In this document: positions 27,222 to 36,344 of the stretch, one piece after another
How the letters are laid out: every line of letters starts with the position of its first letter
How positions within the stretch are numbered: position 1 is the stretch's first letter
Assembly (NCBI GenBank): GCA_963977015.1
Contig: CAXBMO010000007.1
Span: forward strand, 192,001 to 256,000
Source: an uncultured bacterium
GTDB lineage: Bacteria > Verrucomicrobiota > Verrucomicrobiia > Verrucomicrobiales > DEV007
Direction of reading: 5' to 3'
Length of the DNA stretch: 64,000 bases
The notes under the pieces: model-generated
Databases searched by the model: none
The model's input: the letters and a program-made list of their open reading frames with translations, nothing else
Told to the model about the DNA's origin: nothing
Program-made: the position numbers and the translations under genes

Positions 27222-30200
27222 CTAACGAACCTCCAGCAGCACCGGTTGGGTTTCCCCACGAACTTCGGGCTCATAGTATTGATACGCGACGCTGGCTGGG
27301 GCCTGCACCTTGACCGGGAACTTTGCCCGCAACTGATAGCGGAACTGCAATGGCTTTCCATCTCCCGGAATCGCATTAAAATAGAGTGTGACTTGGCGTC
27401 CCTTTGGCTCGAATCGTTGGATGGTGCCCTTCTTCAACAACGCCTGAAAGGAGGCTGCCTCGATTTCAAAACCTGGTGGGATTCCGAGGTCAACCAGCGT
27501 CATGGGTGCAAAACCCGGGCGGTTGTAACGCAGGGTCACGTCAACGTTGAGAAGATCGCGGCTCGCCAATTCCGTCGTTTCGTAATCGGTTTCGATCTCC
27601 AGGATTTGCTCGGTTTCGCCTTCCTCGTCCGCATGAGGTTCGTAGTGCACCGCAACCAGCTGGTAGGCAAGGTTCGCCTCGCGATTGATGTTGAGAACGA
27701 CTTCGTTGTCCCCGGCTTTCACGAACTCGGTCAGACTGACCAGGTGGAAAACATCTGCGTTTTCCTTCGTAATTTCGAGCGGATTGGTCACGTCTCCATT
27801 TGCCGAGATCTGAACCGTCACGGCGCCTTTGATCTTACCTGCTGAGCCGGCCCCCATCAGCAAGGCGCGCATCGCCTGGACCGTCGCCTGAGTTGAATGC
27901 CAGGTTCCGCCGCTGTCACGCTGGGAGATCAGCCAGGCCAGGGCTTTGTGCGCCGTTGAAATAGAAGCATTCGCGCGCATCATCGCCTGGGCAATCAAGG
28001 CCGTGGTTTCAATGTCGAAAGAGCCACCCCGGCCATAGGTCAATCCCTCCCCTTCCGCTTTCCAAAACACAACGCCGTCCTGCTCCTGCTTCATCGAATC
28101 CAACTGGCGAATCACCTCACGCGCCTCCGCATCTCTTCCCGCCGTGACAAACGCGTTTGCGACCAACGCCAACGTGTAGGCGTCATTGACGCCGTCACTC
28201 TTCGCGGCCAGAAAGTCAAAGCTTGCATCCAGTTCCTTCCCGCCACCAGCTTCGGCAACGGCCCAGGCGATGTAAGCGGTGGAACGCAACGCCGCGTCTT
28301 CACGCGAGTTCTTGAAATTGTTGATCGCACCTTCAGCGATTCCACCCGTGGGAGGATCCCAGCTTCCATTATTCTGGCGCTGTTGCATGAGCCAGCTCCG
28401 CGTGCGCTCGATCACAGCTTGGTCGACTTCATAGACTTTGGCCATGTCCACGAACTCCATCAGGCCATACGCGGTCAGGATCGTGTGGGCCGGAGGATTT
28501 CCAAACCAATCAAATCCTCCTCCATTCACTTCGTAGGACAACAGTCGCTGATATCCCTGGGCAATAAAGTCCAAGGCCTTCATCTCCAATTCCGGCTTAG
28601 CCTGTTTCGTATCGCGAAGATAGTTCAACACCAGCACATTCGGATAGGTGGTCGATGAGGTTTGCTCGAAACAACCGTAGGGCATTCGGAAGATGGAGTC
28701 CATGCCCTCCACGACCTGGCTAAACGCTCCGGGATAGATCTTCACAAAGAGGTCACTGCCACCGGAAATCGCATTTGCCGGGATCTGGATGCTCTCCTGC
28801 GTTTCTGTTGTGAGCCTCCCATTCTTTACAAGCTCCATTCTCTCACCATTCGGAACCACCCGAACCGTGCGTTCAACGGCATCGGCCAACTTTGATCCCT
28901 GCGCAAAGACCGTGAGGGAGTGACGTCCCGCTTCCAGCGCGCGAATGCGATAGCTCGACTGCATCACTCCACCTCCCGAAGCTTCGAGTGTTTTTTCCGG
29001 GACGTCAGATACCAACTCATACCAGTCTTCGGCTTGGGCCTTGAGCTGAATCGATTGCGGCTCTGAGAGATAATTGAAAATGGCGATCGGAATCGTAATT
29101 TCGTCGCCCTGGGTCAGTTCAGTCGGGAAATCGATATCGATGAAGAAATCCTGGAATACACGAATTCCACGCTCAAACGAGCCGAGTGATCCGTCTCGCG
29201 ACACCGCACTTCCTGACAATCGCCAGGTCGTGATCGAGTCGGCGAGCGCCAACTCCAACGAAGCCTTCCCATCAGCACCGGTTAGAAGCTGCGGTTGCCA
29301 CAAGAGGGTCTCTGGGAAATGGCGGCGAATCCGGGGAGGTTCGGCTTCACTGCCATCGTGACCATTTGGACCAAGTGAGCCAGCTTCGGACCTTCCAAAA
29401 GCGGCCTCGGCCACCATCATGTCACCATCAAATCGTTCCGCCTTTTCGATGAAGACGTCCAATGCATTCTGGGTCCTCCCGCCGTCCGCAAACGCCCCCA
29501 ACTTGGAGAAGACCGCCAGAAGAATTACCGGGATCAGGGTGAAGGCGGTATTTGCCACGAGGATTCCCAGCCTTTGCGGAAGGGTTTGCCAACCGCTCAA
29601 GGACTTTCGCAGGAATCCAATCAGCCCCGCCAGCAAAAAGAGAATCACAAACGAAGCCAGGGTCAACCGCAGGAACGTCGATTCATGGATTGCAGAACGA
29701 TTCGACTCATTGGCGACGACGAACCCCGTTACCATGAGCCCGGAAAGGCCATAGACAATCGGGATCAACACGACCATCTGGCGGAACAGCGAGAGGTGCC
29801 TGCTAGAATGCTTCAGCCTGCGGAGCTCCGCAGATTTGATTCCGAGCCACACGGTTCCCGTGATCATCAACACTACCCAAATAACGAACGCCATGGGAGC
29901 GGATAGATAGCCGATCGCCCGGCCGATCAGCATCATCAGAATTGGAGGCGCCAGCGTCGCGGTCAGGATGATCCAGAAAAATTGGCGCATGCGTCGTTGA
30001 AATTCGATGAGGTGAAGTTCTTCGGACTCGCCCGGGCGGAAGCGCAAACGCGACAGTCCGTAGCCCGCAAAGACCAGCGAACAAACGATCAACAAGCCAA
30101 AAGGAAAGGTTACCAACAACCGGAACAACTCATCAGCATTCTGGCGCTTGCGTTCCTGCAGTTTATTGCGGCGCTCTGCCTGGGAACTGCTCTCCGCAGA

Positions 30201-32300
30201 GATCGGTCCGCCGGGATCGGCAGCCGCGGCGAAGGCAATGACATTCGCTTCTTCGAGCTCAGGCGTCGGCGCCCCGGGATCCGGTATTGCCGTGAAGTCT
30301 GACGGAGGTTGAGCGACAAACTGCGCTCTCGGTTTGAGGATTTCTTCCTGGATCAGGAAATACATTTCTTCCAGTCCGGGGCGAGAGTCGTTCAGTGCAA
30401 AAACGGCCTCATCAACTGCGGCAAGACTCAGGGCGGCCTCGACAGGTGATCCGTCCTTCGACGTGACCAGGAACTCGATCATTGCCTTCTCCGCGGGTCG
30501 ATACGTTTCGGCGTCGAGCTTGGCCTGAACCTGGAGTTGGTCCGCGCGATGCACCTGGATCAGCTTGGAATCCCGGGCGATGTCTCCGTTATCCAGAATT
30601 GCGTAGGCCTGCAGTTGAAGCGTCCCGGCAAGGTCGAGCGGGATATCGTAGGCATATTCTCCCATTCCGCGTTTCAACTCGATCGAGGACGTCGCCAAGG
30701 ATCGACCATTTTTCACAACATCGAGGAACACACGTTTCGCTTTTGACGCAGAAAGCACCTTCAAGTTGGCAGTCTGCCCCTGTCGGTAAATCGCCCCATC
30801 AGTCCTAAGCAGGATCCCATCGACCTGCACGCCAACCGCAAGCTCCTTGGTCACCTTCACCTCGGCACCCCGATCCGAGCGGGCTGAAAGCGACAGCTTC
30901 AAGTTCGGTTTGTCAGGAGTCAGCTTCACCTTGCCAATTCCCAACTCATTGGTTTCCACGCGAGACCCTCCTCCGGTGTAGATAACTGCTTTGGCAGGCG
31001 TCCCGTCCGGATAGGCCGCCACGATGTAGAGCGTATTCTCCACGTTTTGAACCAGTTCACCGCTTTCCGGGAAGACCTCGACGCGCAACGGCTGATTCGT
31101 CACCTTGACCTGAAGAGGATGTCTGCGGGTCTCACCGGTTGCATCGGTCACTTCGGCCGTGAACCGAACAAACGCGTCTCCCTGATTCAAGGACTGTCCA
31201 ACGAAGGCATCTTTGAGAGCAATCTCCGTTTCGAATGATCCCTGATCATTCGTCGTTCCTGTGACGGTTTGGAAGGTTCGAAACCGCTCGATAAACTCGT
31301 CTGAAACGATGCGGATCTTGCCTCCCGCAACCGGCTTTCCAAAGGTGTAGTCGGCATTCAACTCAAGCCGGACCTTGTCGCCCGGGGCATAGTAGCCGCG
31401 ATCCGCCCGAAGACTGACCTTGAACTTGGGAAGCACATAGCGCTCGACCTTCACCTCGCGCTCAGAGGTCGTGTCATCAATCGTGACCGCGATCGTATAG
31501 CTTCCTTCGTTGACCTGGTTCGCCAACTTGAAGTCCGCTGACGCGATGCCAAATTCGCTCGTGGCGATGAGCTTGCGGAACACCTTGTTCCCCTTTGCGT
31601 CCCTGACTTCAAAAGCCACCTCACGCGATGAGGCAGGTTTCAGGGAATCGGCCTCCATCGAAAGCGCCCGCATGTGAATGATCTGGCCGGGCTGATAGAG
31701 CGGCTTGTCCGTGCTTAGCATGGTTCGAAAGGATCGCCGAACCGTGATTGACTCCTCGGTGTTCGCCTTGCCGGATTTCCCGCGAACCTCGGCCACCAAC
31801 TTATAAGCCCCTTCCTCGACCGTATTTCTGACTTCGGCGGAGAGATCCGCAATCCCGTTCTCATCGGTTCGCGCAGAGCCGAGACGCCGCGATGATCCAT
31901 CATCCCCAATCATCATCACTCGGACCTTGGCATTCTCAACCGGCCGACGAGTTTCCTCACTTCGCACGAAAACTCGCACCGGCGTGATTTGCCCGGGTTC
32001 AACTCTTGGCTGCGTCACCATCACCACCTGCGTTGGATCGGGTTGTGCCGTTTCCACGACCCAGGTCTTGCCACCAAGTCCGATTGCGAAGAGAAAGGCG
32101 ATCAACGCCGCGACCTTCCAGAACCCGCCACTAAAGAGCCAGGGCCAAGCATTTTCGCTTTCACCGTCCTGCCCCCCGATTCGCCGCTTGACGGCAGCGA
32201 TGAAGCCTTCGTCATCTCCCGGTCCGCCCTTGCGACCGTATTCCTTCATCATGCCGTCCATTGCGGCATCTTTACTGTTTTCGTTAGGTTCTTCAGGCAT
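27222..32300 (-). CDS. Membrane-anchored thioester-containing alpha-2-macroglobulin-family protein with an anti-sigma-like N-terminus and a 6-TM insertion
   Basis: Start MPEEPNEN at 32300 overlaps the sigma stop. MG domains (STDKPLYQPGQ, RYVLPKF), AAVDEAVFAL, RRHFPETLLW, LADSITTW, thioester MPYGCFEQ, GTWHSTQATVQA, C-terminal MTLVDLGIPPGF...YQYYEPE. Confidence 0.9.
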   Translation of the reverse strand: MPEEPNENSKDAAMDGMMKEYGRKGGPGDDEGFIAAVKRRIGGQDGESENAWPWLFSGGFWKVAALIAFLFAIGLGGKTWVVETAQPDPTQVVMVTQPRVEPGQITPVRVFVRSEETRRPVENAKVRVMMIGDDGSSRRLGSARTDENGIADLSAEVRNTVEEGAYKLVAEVRGKSGKANTEESITVRRSFRTMLSTDKPLYQPGQIIHMRALSMEADSLKPASSREVAFEVRDAKGNKVFRKLIATSEFGIASADFKLANQVNEGSYTIAVTIDDTTSEREVKVERYVLPKFKVSLRADRGYYAPGDKVRLELNADYTFGKPVAGGKIRIVSDEFIERFRTFQTVTGTTNDQGSFETEIALKDAFVGQSLNQGDAFVRFTAEVTDATGETRRHPLQVKVTNQPLRVEVFPESGELVQNVENTLYIVAAYPDGTPAKAVIYTGGGSRVETNELGIGKVKLTPDKPNLKLSLSARSDRGAEVKVTKELAVGVQVDGILLRTDGAIYRQGQTANLKVLSASKAKRVFLDVVKNGRSLATSSIELKRGMGEYAYDIPLDLAGTLQLQAYAILDNGDIARDSKLIQVHRADQLQVQAKLDAETYRPAEKAMIEFLVTSKDGSPVEAALSLAAVDEAVFALNDSRPGLEEMYFLIQEEILKPRAQFVAQPPSDFTAIPDPGAPTPELEEANVIAFAAAADPGGPISAESSSQAERRNKLQERKRQNADELFRLLVTFPFGLLIVCSLVFAGYGLSRLRFRPGESEELHLIEFQRRMRQFFWIILTATLAPPILMMLIGRAIGYLSAPMAFVIWVVLMITGTVWLGIKSAELRRLKHSSRHLSLFRQMVVLIPIVYGLSGLMVTGFVVANESNRSAIHESTFLRLTLASFVILFLLAGLIGFLRKSLSGWQTLPQRLGILVANTAFTLIPVILLAVFSKLGAFADGGRTQNALDVFIEKAERFDGDMMVAEAAFGRSEAGSLGPNGHDGSEAEPPRIRRHFPETLLWQPQLLTGADGKASLELALADSITTWRLSGSAVSRDGSLGSFERGIRVFQDFFIDIDFPTELTQGDEITIPIAIFNYLSEPQSIQLKAQAEDWYELVSDVPEKTLEASGGGVMQSSYRIRALEAGRHSLTVFAQGSKLADAVERTVRVVPNGERMELVKNGRLTTETQESIQIPANAISGGSDLFVKIYPGAFSQVVEGMDSIFRMPYGCFEQTSSTTYPNVLVLNYLRDTKQAKPELEMKALDFIAQGYQRLLSYEVNGGGFDWFGNPPAHTILTAYGLMEFVDMAKVYEVDQAVIERTRSWLMQQRQNNGSWDPPTGGIAEGAINNFKNSREDAALRSTAYIAWAVAEAGGGKELDASFDFLAAKSDGVNDAYTLALVANAFVTAGRDAEAREVIRQLDSMKQEQDGVVFWKAEGEGLTYGRGGSFDIETTALIAQAMMRANASISTAHKALAWLISQRDSGGTWHSTQATVQAMRALLMGAGSAGKIKGAVTVQISANGDVTNPLEITKENADVFHLVSLTEFVKAGDNEVVLNINREANLAYQLVAVHYEPHADEEGETEQILEIETDYETTELASRDLLNVDVTLRYNRPGFAPMTLVDLGIPPGFEIEAASFQALLKKGTIQRFEPKGRQVTLYFNAIPGDGKPLQFRYQLRAKFPVKVQAPASVAYQYYEPEVRGETQPVLLEVR

Positions 32301-32817
32301 GATTTTCCGATTGTTGGGTGATGCATTTGCCCAATTGGGCGCGAGCGCGTTGCAGTCGTTTCCGAATGGCGGCCTCGTCGGCATCCAGCCGTTTGGCCAC
32401 CTCTACGCCACTCAGTTTTTGAAGATAAAATAGATCGACAGCCTTCCCCATTAATTCCGGCAACTTGCGAATGCAGCGATGCAAAACGGCGAACAGATCC
32501 GTGCCGGTTTCCGACTCTTGTTGATCCCAGGAACGATGCTGAGCTTCGATCGCCTCCAGCATTTCCTCATCCATGCCGACCAGTTTCTGGGCGCGGGCCC
32601 ATTCGCGAACTTTGTTCCGGACAATTCCTCGCATCCAACTGCCGAAATCCCGGGTGACATCGAATTTTTCCAGGTTGGTCCAGGCAATGACAAAGGCGTC
32701 TTGAACCAGATCGCGCGCGGCATCGTTCCCACCGGTAATCGAGAAAGCGTAAGCCAAAAGCCGGCGATGATGCTGCCGAACGAGAATTTCAAAGGCTTTG
32801 GAGGGGTCTTGCGTCAC
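32293..32817 (-). CDS. ECF-type RNA polymerase sigma-70 factor
   Basis: Region 2 (AFEILVRQH...ARDLVQDAF...DFGSWMRGIVRN) and region 4 (LHRCIRKLP...EVAKRL...AIRKRLQRARAQL). Confidence 0.93.
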   Translation of the reverse strand: MTQDPSKAFEILVRQHHRRLLAYAFSITGGNDAARDLVQDAFVIAWTNLEKFDVTRDFGSWMRGIVRNKVREWARAQKLVGMDEEMLEAIEAQHRSWDQQESETGTDLFAVLHRCIRKLPELMGKAVDLFYLQKLSGVEVAKRLDADEAAIRKRLQRARAQLGKCITQQSENHA

Positions 32818-32954
32818 GAATTCTGGACTTGAGTTGAGAGTAGTTGAAAAAGAAACGGGATTTGTGACATGGAATCTGAGAAAATGACACGATCCAATCC
32901 ATTCGGTGATTCTCTTGACTTAAGAGCCGACGATGAGACCGAACGAAACCTAAT

Positions 32955-33608
32955 ATGACGAAACGCGTCCTGACCCAAGAAATCCTCGATCAACTTGAGC
33001 ATGATCACCCGGATGCCTTGCGGAGCCGGGCGGACTTGATTCGGATCAATGGAATTTTGGGGAACTTTCGTTGGCTGCGCAAAGCCCTGGAAGAACAAGG
33101 GGCTGCTGATGGATCCGCACACGTCGTAGAGATTGGCGCTGGTGACGGCCACTTTATCAGGAAGTTCGCCGCCGCTCACCCCAAGGTGAACTACACCGCG
33201 ATCGACCTGGCTCCGAAGCCTCCGGAATGGCCCTCGAATTTGAATTGGAAGCAGGGCGATGCGTTGGATTGCCTTCCCGAAGTTGGAGGCGACATCTTGA
33301 TCGCAAATCTCTTTCTTCACCATCTGACCGACGCGCAATTGGCAAAACTCGGCGAAGGTTTGAGCGGCTATCGCGCCGTCATCTGCAATGAACCGGCTCG
33401 CTTCCGAGCCTTTCATGTTTTGGGAAAAGGCGTGCAACTGATCGGGGTCAATTACGTAACCCGTTTTGACATGCATGCGAGCATCAACGCCGGCTTCCGG
33501 CACACCGAACTGCCAACGGCTCTCGGACTGGAGCAAGCCGGTTGGCACATCGAAGCGTTTCATTCCATTTTTGGGATTTACCGAATGCTGGCCACTCAGG
33601 AGCGATGA
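32955..33608 (+). CDS. SAM-dependent methyltransferase
   Basis: EILD...DLIRINGILG, VVEIGAGDG, ANLFLHHL, VTRFD...SINAGF. Confidence 0.82.
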   Translation: MTKRVLTQEILDQLEHDHPDALRSRADLIRINGILGNFRWLRKALEEQGAADGSAHVVEIGAGDGHFIRKFAAAHPKVNYTAIDLAPKPPEWPSNLNWKQGDALDCLPEVGGDILIANLFLHHLTDAQLAKLGEGLSGYRAVICNEPARFRAFHVLGKGVQLIGVNYVTRFDMHASINAGFRHTELPTALGLEQAGWHIEAFHSIFGIYRMLATQER

Positions 33609-34786
33609 ATCGGTTTTTTGACGTTGTGATTGTGGGGGCCGGTCCCGCGGGGCTGGCCGCAGCCGCCTGCCTGGGCCGCCACGGCTTGAAAATCGCAATT
33701 CTCGATCGCCGCAGCCTCCCGATCGACAAACCTTGCGGCGAAGGGGTCATGCCTCCCGGGGTGGCCATTTTGAAGAAATTGGGGGCAACCCCGTTTCTCA
33801 ACCAATCCGATTTTCACCCGTTTCACGGGATCCGGTATCTCACCCCGACCGGCAGGGTGGCGAAAGCTGACTTTGCCGAAGGCCCGGGACTCGGCATTCG
33901 CCGAACAAACCTCTCGCAGGCTCTCACGCATCTTCTGGATTCAATGCCAACCGTTGAGATCCACGAGAACACTCGCGTTCAAGGCATTGAGCAACACGAA
34001 AGCGGGGTTTCCATTCAATCGAACCGTGGCGATTTCGAGACACGCCTTTTGCTGGGAGCCGACGGGCTGCATTCCCGGGTTCGGAAATGGGCTGGGCTCG
34101 AAGGGAAAGCATCGCGGCATCGGCGACTCGGAATTCGCCGCCATTTCGAAGTTGAGCCCTGGAGCCGGTTTGTCGATGTCCACTCCGGTCCCGGCGTTGA
34201 GGCTTATGTGACGCCCTGTGGCCCGAATCAAGTCGGCATTGCCTGTCTATGGGAGCGTGACACCTATCCGGACGCCGAGCCGGGAAAAGACTTGCTGGAC
34301 TCGCTTCTGAAAGAGTTTCCTGACATTCAAAGAAAACTTGAGGGAGCCAAGCCCCTTTCGGAAACGCTTACAACGGGGCCACTGGAACAGAAGACTCGAC
34401 GGCGCGTTTCCGACTCCATCATCCTCATCGGAGACGCCGCCGGTTACCTGGATGCCTGCACCGGAGAAGGAATTACTTTGGCACTGAAGCAAGCGCAGCT
34501 TCTGGAATCCCACCTCGTTCCGCTTCTCGCCGGTTCGAGGGGGTTGATCCGGTCGAACCAGCTTCGCAACTATGAGGCGGCTTGTCGCAGGGTGTTGGCG
34601 TCCTACTATCTGGGAACACATTTCCTGTTGCTCCTGAATCGGCAGCCGCGGTTCATGGAGATCTTTGTTCGCGTATTGAGCCAACGCCCGGCGCTCTTGC
34701 AGCATCTTCTCTCCTTCAACATGGGGACGGTTCCACTGTGGCCAAGTCGGGCCTCTCTTCATCGCATTCTCGAATCCCATGCCTAA
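33605..34786 (+). CDS. NAD(P)/FAD-dependent oxidoreductase (geranylgeranyl-reductase/monooxygenase-like)
   Basis: GAGPAG, DKPCGEG, GADGLHS, IGDAAGYLDACTGEG. ATGA-coupled to the methyltransferase. Confidence 0.85.
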   Translation: MNRFFDVVIVGAGPAGLAAAACLGRHGLKIAILDRRSLPIDKPCGEGVMPPGVAILKKLGATPFLNQSDFHPFHGIRYLTPTGRVAKADFAEGPGLGIRRTNLSQALTHLLDSMPTVEIHENTRVQGIEQHESGVSIQSNRGDFETRLLLGADGLHSRVRKWAGLEGKASRHRRLGIRRHFEVEPWSRFVDVHSGPGVEAYVTPCGPNQVGIACLWERDTYPDAEPGKDLLDSLLKEFPDIQRKLEGAKPLSETLTTGPLEQKTRRRVSDSIILIGDAAGYLDACTGEGITLALKQAQLLESHLVPLLAGSRGLIRSNQLRNYEAACRRVLASYYLGTHFLLLLNRQPRFMEIFVRVLSQRPALLQHLLSFNMGTVPLWPSRASLHRILESHA

Positions 34787-34851
34787 CCTTTCCAAAATCG
34801 TTGCAGATGTTGATTTTGGCGGAATTGGAGCTGACCCAACAGAACGTTTCA

Positions 34852-35304
34852 GTGACGCCTGAAGTCCACATTTTCGAGATTCAATACCGCTCTGCCGATT
34901 ATGACCGGGCGTTGGAATTGCGGGAACGCGTTCTTCGCGCGCCCCTGGGACTCACATTCTCTAAGAAGCAATTAAAGGCAGAATCCGAAGAATGCCATGT
35001 CGTCGCCCAATCAGCCGGTGGCGAGATTCTTGCGAGTGCCAGTATTGTCTGGAAAGCCCCAACAACCGCCAAGCTCCGCCAGGTTGTGGTCGCCCCGGAC
35101 TTCCAATCGCAAGGACTAGGAACACGGATCGTTCAATTTGCCGAATCCATCGCCCAGCAAAAGGAAAGAACGCTTATTTACTGCCACGCTCGCAAGCCGG
35201 TGACCGCGTTTTACACGAAGCTCGGATTTCAGATTGTCGGCTCTCAATTTGAGGAAATTGGGATTGACCATTTCCGGATGGAAAAGGGCATCCCTCCACG
35301 CTGA
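34852..35304 (+). CDS. GNAT family N-acetyltransferase (ElaA-like)
   Basis: LRERVLRAPLG, LRQVVVAPDFQSQGLG, YCHAR, FYTKLGF, FEEIGIDH. Start uncertain (ATG 34807 or GTG 34852). Confidence 0.85.
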   Translation: MTPEVHIFEIQYRSADYDRALELRERVLRAPLGLTFSKKQLKAESEECHVVAQSAGGEILASASIVWKAPTTAKLRQVVVAPDFQSQGLGTRIVQFAESIAQQKERTLIYCHARKPVTAFYTKLGFQIVGSQFEEIGIDHFRMEKGIPPR

Positions 35305-35305
35305 A

Positions 35306-35797
35306 TCAGTTCCCGTCCTGTTCCGCCGCATACTTCCGAATCGATTTCTCGATTGCGGCGACCTTTGCCTGATCCTTATCGAGAAGATAGGTGCAGCGCT
35401 TCAGTTCCATTTCAGCCCACTTCCAAAGACGCTCCTGAGTGGCATCTTCAAAACCGCCTTCCACTGGACCGTATTTCTTGTCGAACTGCTCCCAGCGACG
35501 TTTGGCGCTTCGCAAACGTTGACTCTTGGCGGCGGCGTAGAAATCCTGAAAAACCGGGGACTGCGAACCTCCGTTATCCCTGGGGATCAGAGTTGACGGA
35601 TACAACTCGGCCCACATGGATTTGTAGGCGATTGGAGGAAGCCGAAAATTGCCCAGATCGTCCTGTGCCTTCACCGAAGTCAGGCAAAACGCCAAGGCAA
35701 GAAACAGGAAACCGCTTAATCGGACGATTGGGAACAGGGGAGCTTTGACTGGGGGCGCGTTCATAAATGGACAGGGGGTTGTGTCGTCATTGGACAT
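35306..35797 (-). CDS. Hypothetical exported protein, paralog of 35849..36340
   Basis: Signal peptide (FLALAFCLTSVKA). Shares AYxSxWAExxP, DFYAAA, RWxxFxxKY, ED.T and EL.RC with its neighbour. Confidence 0.7.
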   Translation of the reverse strand: MSNDDTTPCPFMNAPPVKAPLFPIVRLSGFLFLALAFCLTSVKAQDDLGNFRLPPIAYKSMWAELYPSTLIPRDNGGSQSPVFQDFYAAAKSQRLRSAKRRWEQFDKKYGPVEGGFEDATQERLWKWAEMELKRCTYLLDKDQAKVAAIEKSIRKYAAEQDGN

Positions 35798-35848
35798 CCG
35801 GACCGCTCGAAAACTTCAGATCAAGACAGCCCCGGTCCAACCAGAAGC

Positions 35849-36340
35849 CTACTTGGCTCCCAGCTTTTTGGCGATGGCTTGGATCTTCCGCTCGATACTG
35901 GATAGATTCCGTCCCTGTCCCTCGGAAAGCGACTGGCAGCGCTCCAGCTCGGCCTGACTCCAGCTGCAAAGTTGGGCAGCCGTCCCATCCTCATATTCGC
36001 CTCCCGGAAGAACGTATTTCCGCAGGAAACCTTTCCATCGCAACTCCGCGAGCTGGAGATTCGAGCTTTCAGCGGCGGCATAGAAGTCGGACAAAATGCG
36101 ACTCTGCGAACGCATCCCAATCAGACTGTTTGCCCGGGGAGAGTTCTTGGCGAGCGTTTCCGGAAACATTTCAGCCCAAGCCGATTGATAAGCATTTCCC
36201 GTTTGAATTCGAACTGAGGAGGTTTCCCCGTCACGAACACTAACCGTTGTTTTAGGATCGGATGCTTGCGCCAGGTTGCTGCCTGCAATCAAGCAACCAA
36301 CCAAGCCGATTCCGATACACGAAAGGCGAAGATATTTCAT
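35849..36340 (-). CDS. Hypothetical exported protein, paralog of 35306..35797
   Basis: Start MKYLRL at 36340, 4 bp after the amidase stop. Signal peptide ending LAQA and the same shared motifs. Confidence 0.7.
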   Translation of the reverse strand: MKYLRLSCIGIGLVGCLIAGSNLAQASDPKTTVSVRDGETSSVRIQTGNAYQSAWAEMFPETLAKNSPRANSLIGMRSQSRILSDFYAAAESSNLQLAELRWKGFLRKYVLPGGEYEDGTAAQLCSWSQAELERCQSLSEGQGRNLSSIERKIQAIAKKLGAK

Positions 36341-36344
36341 AGGA

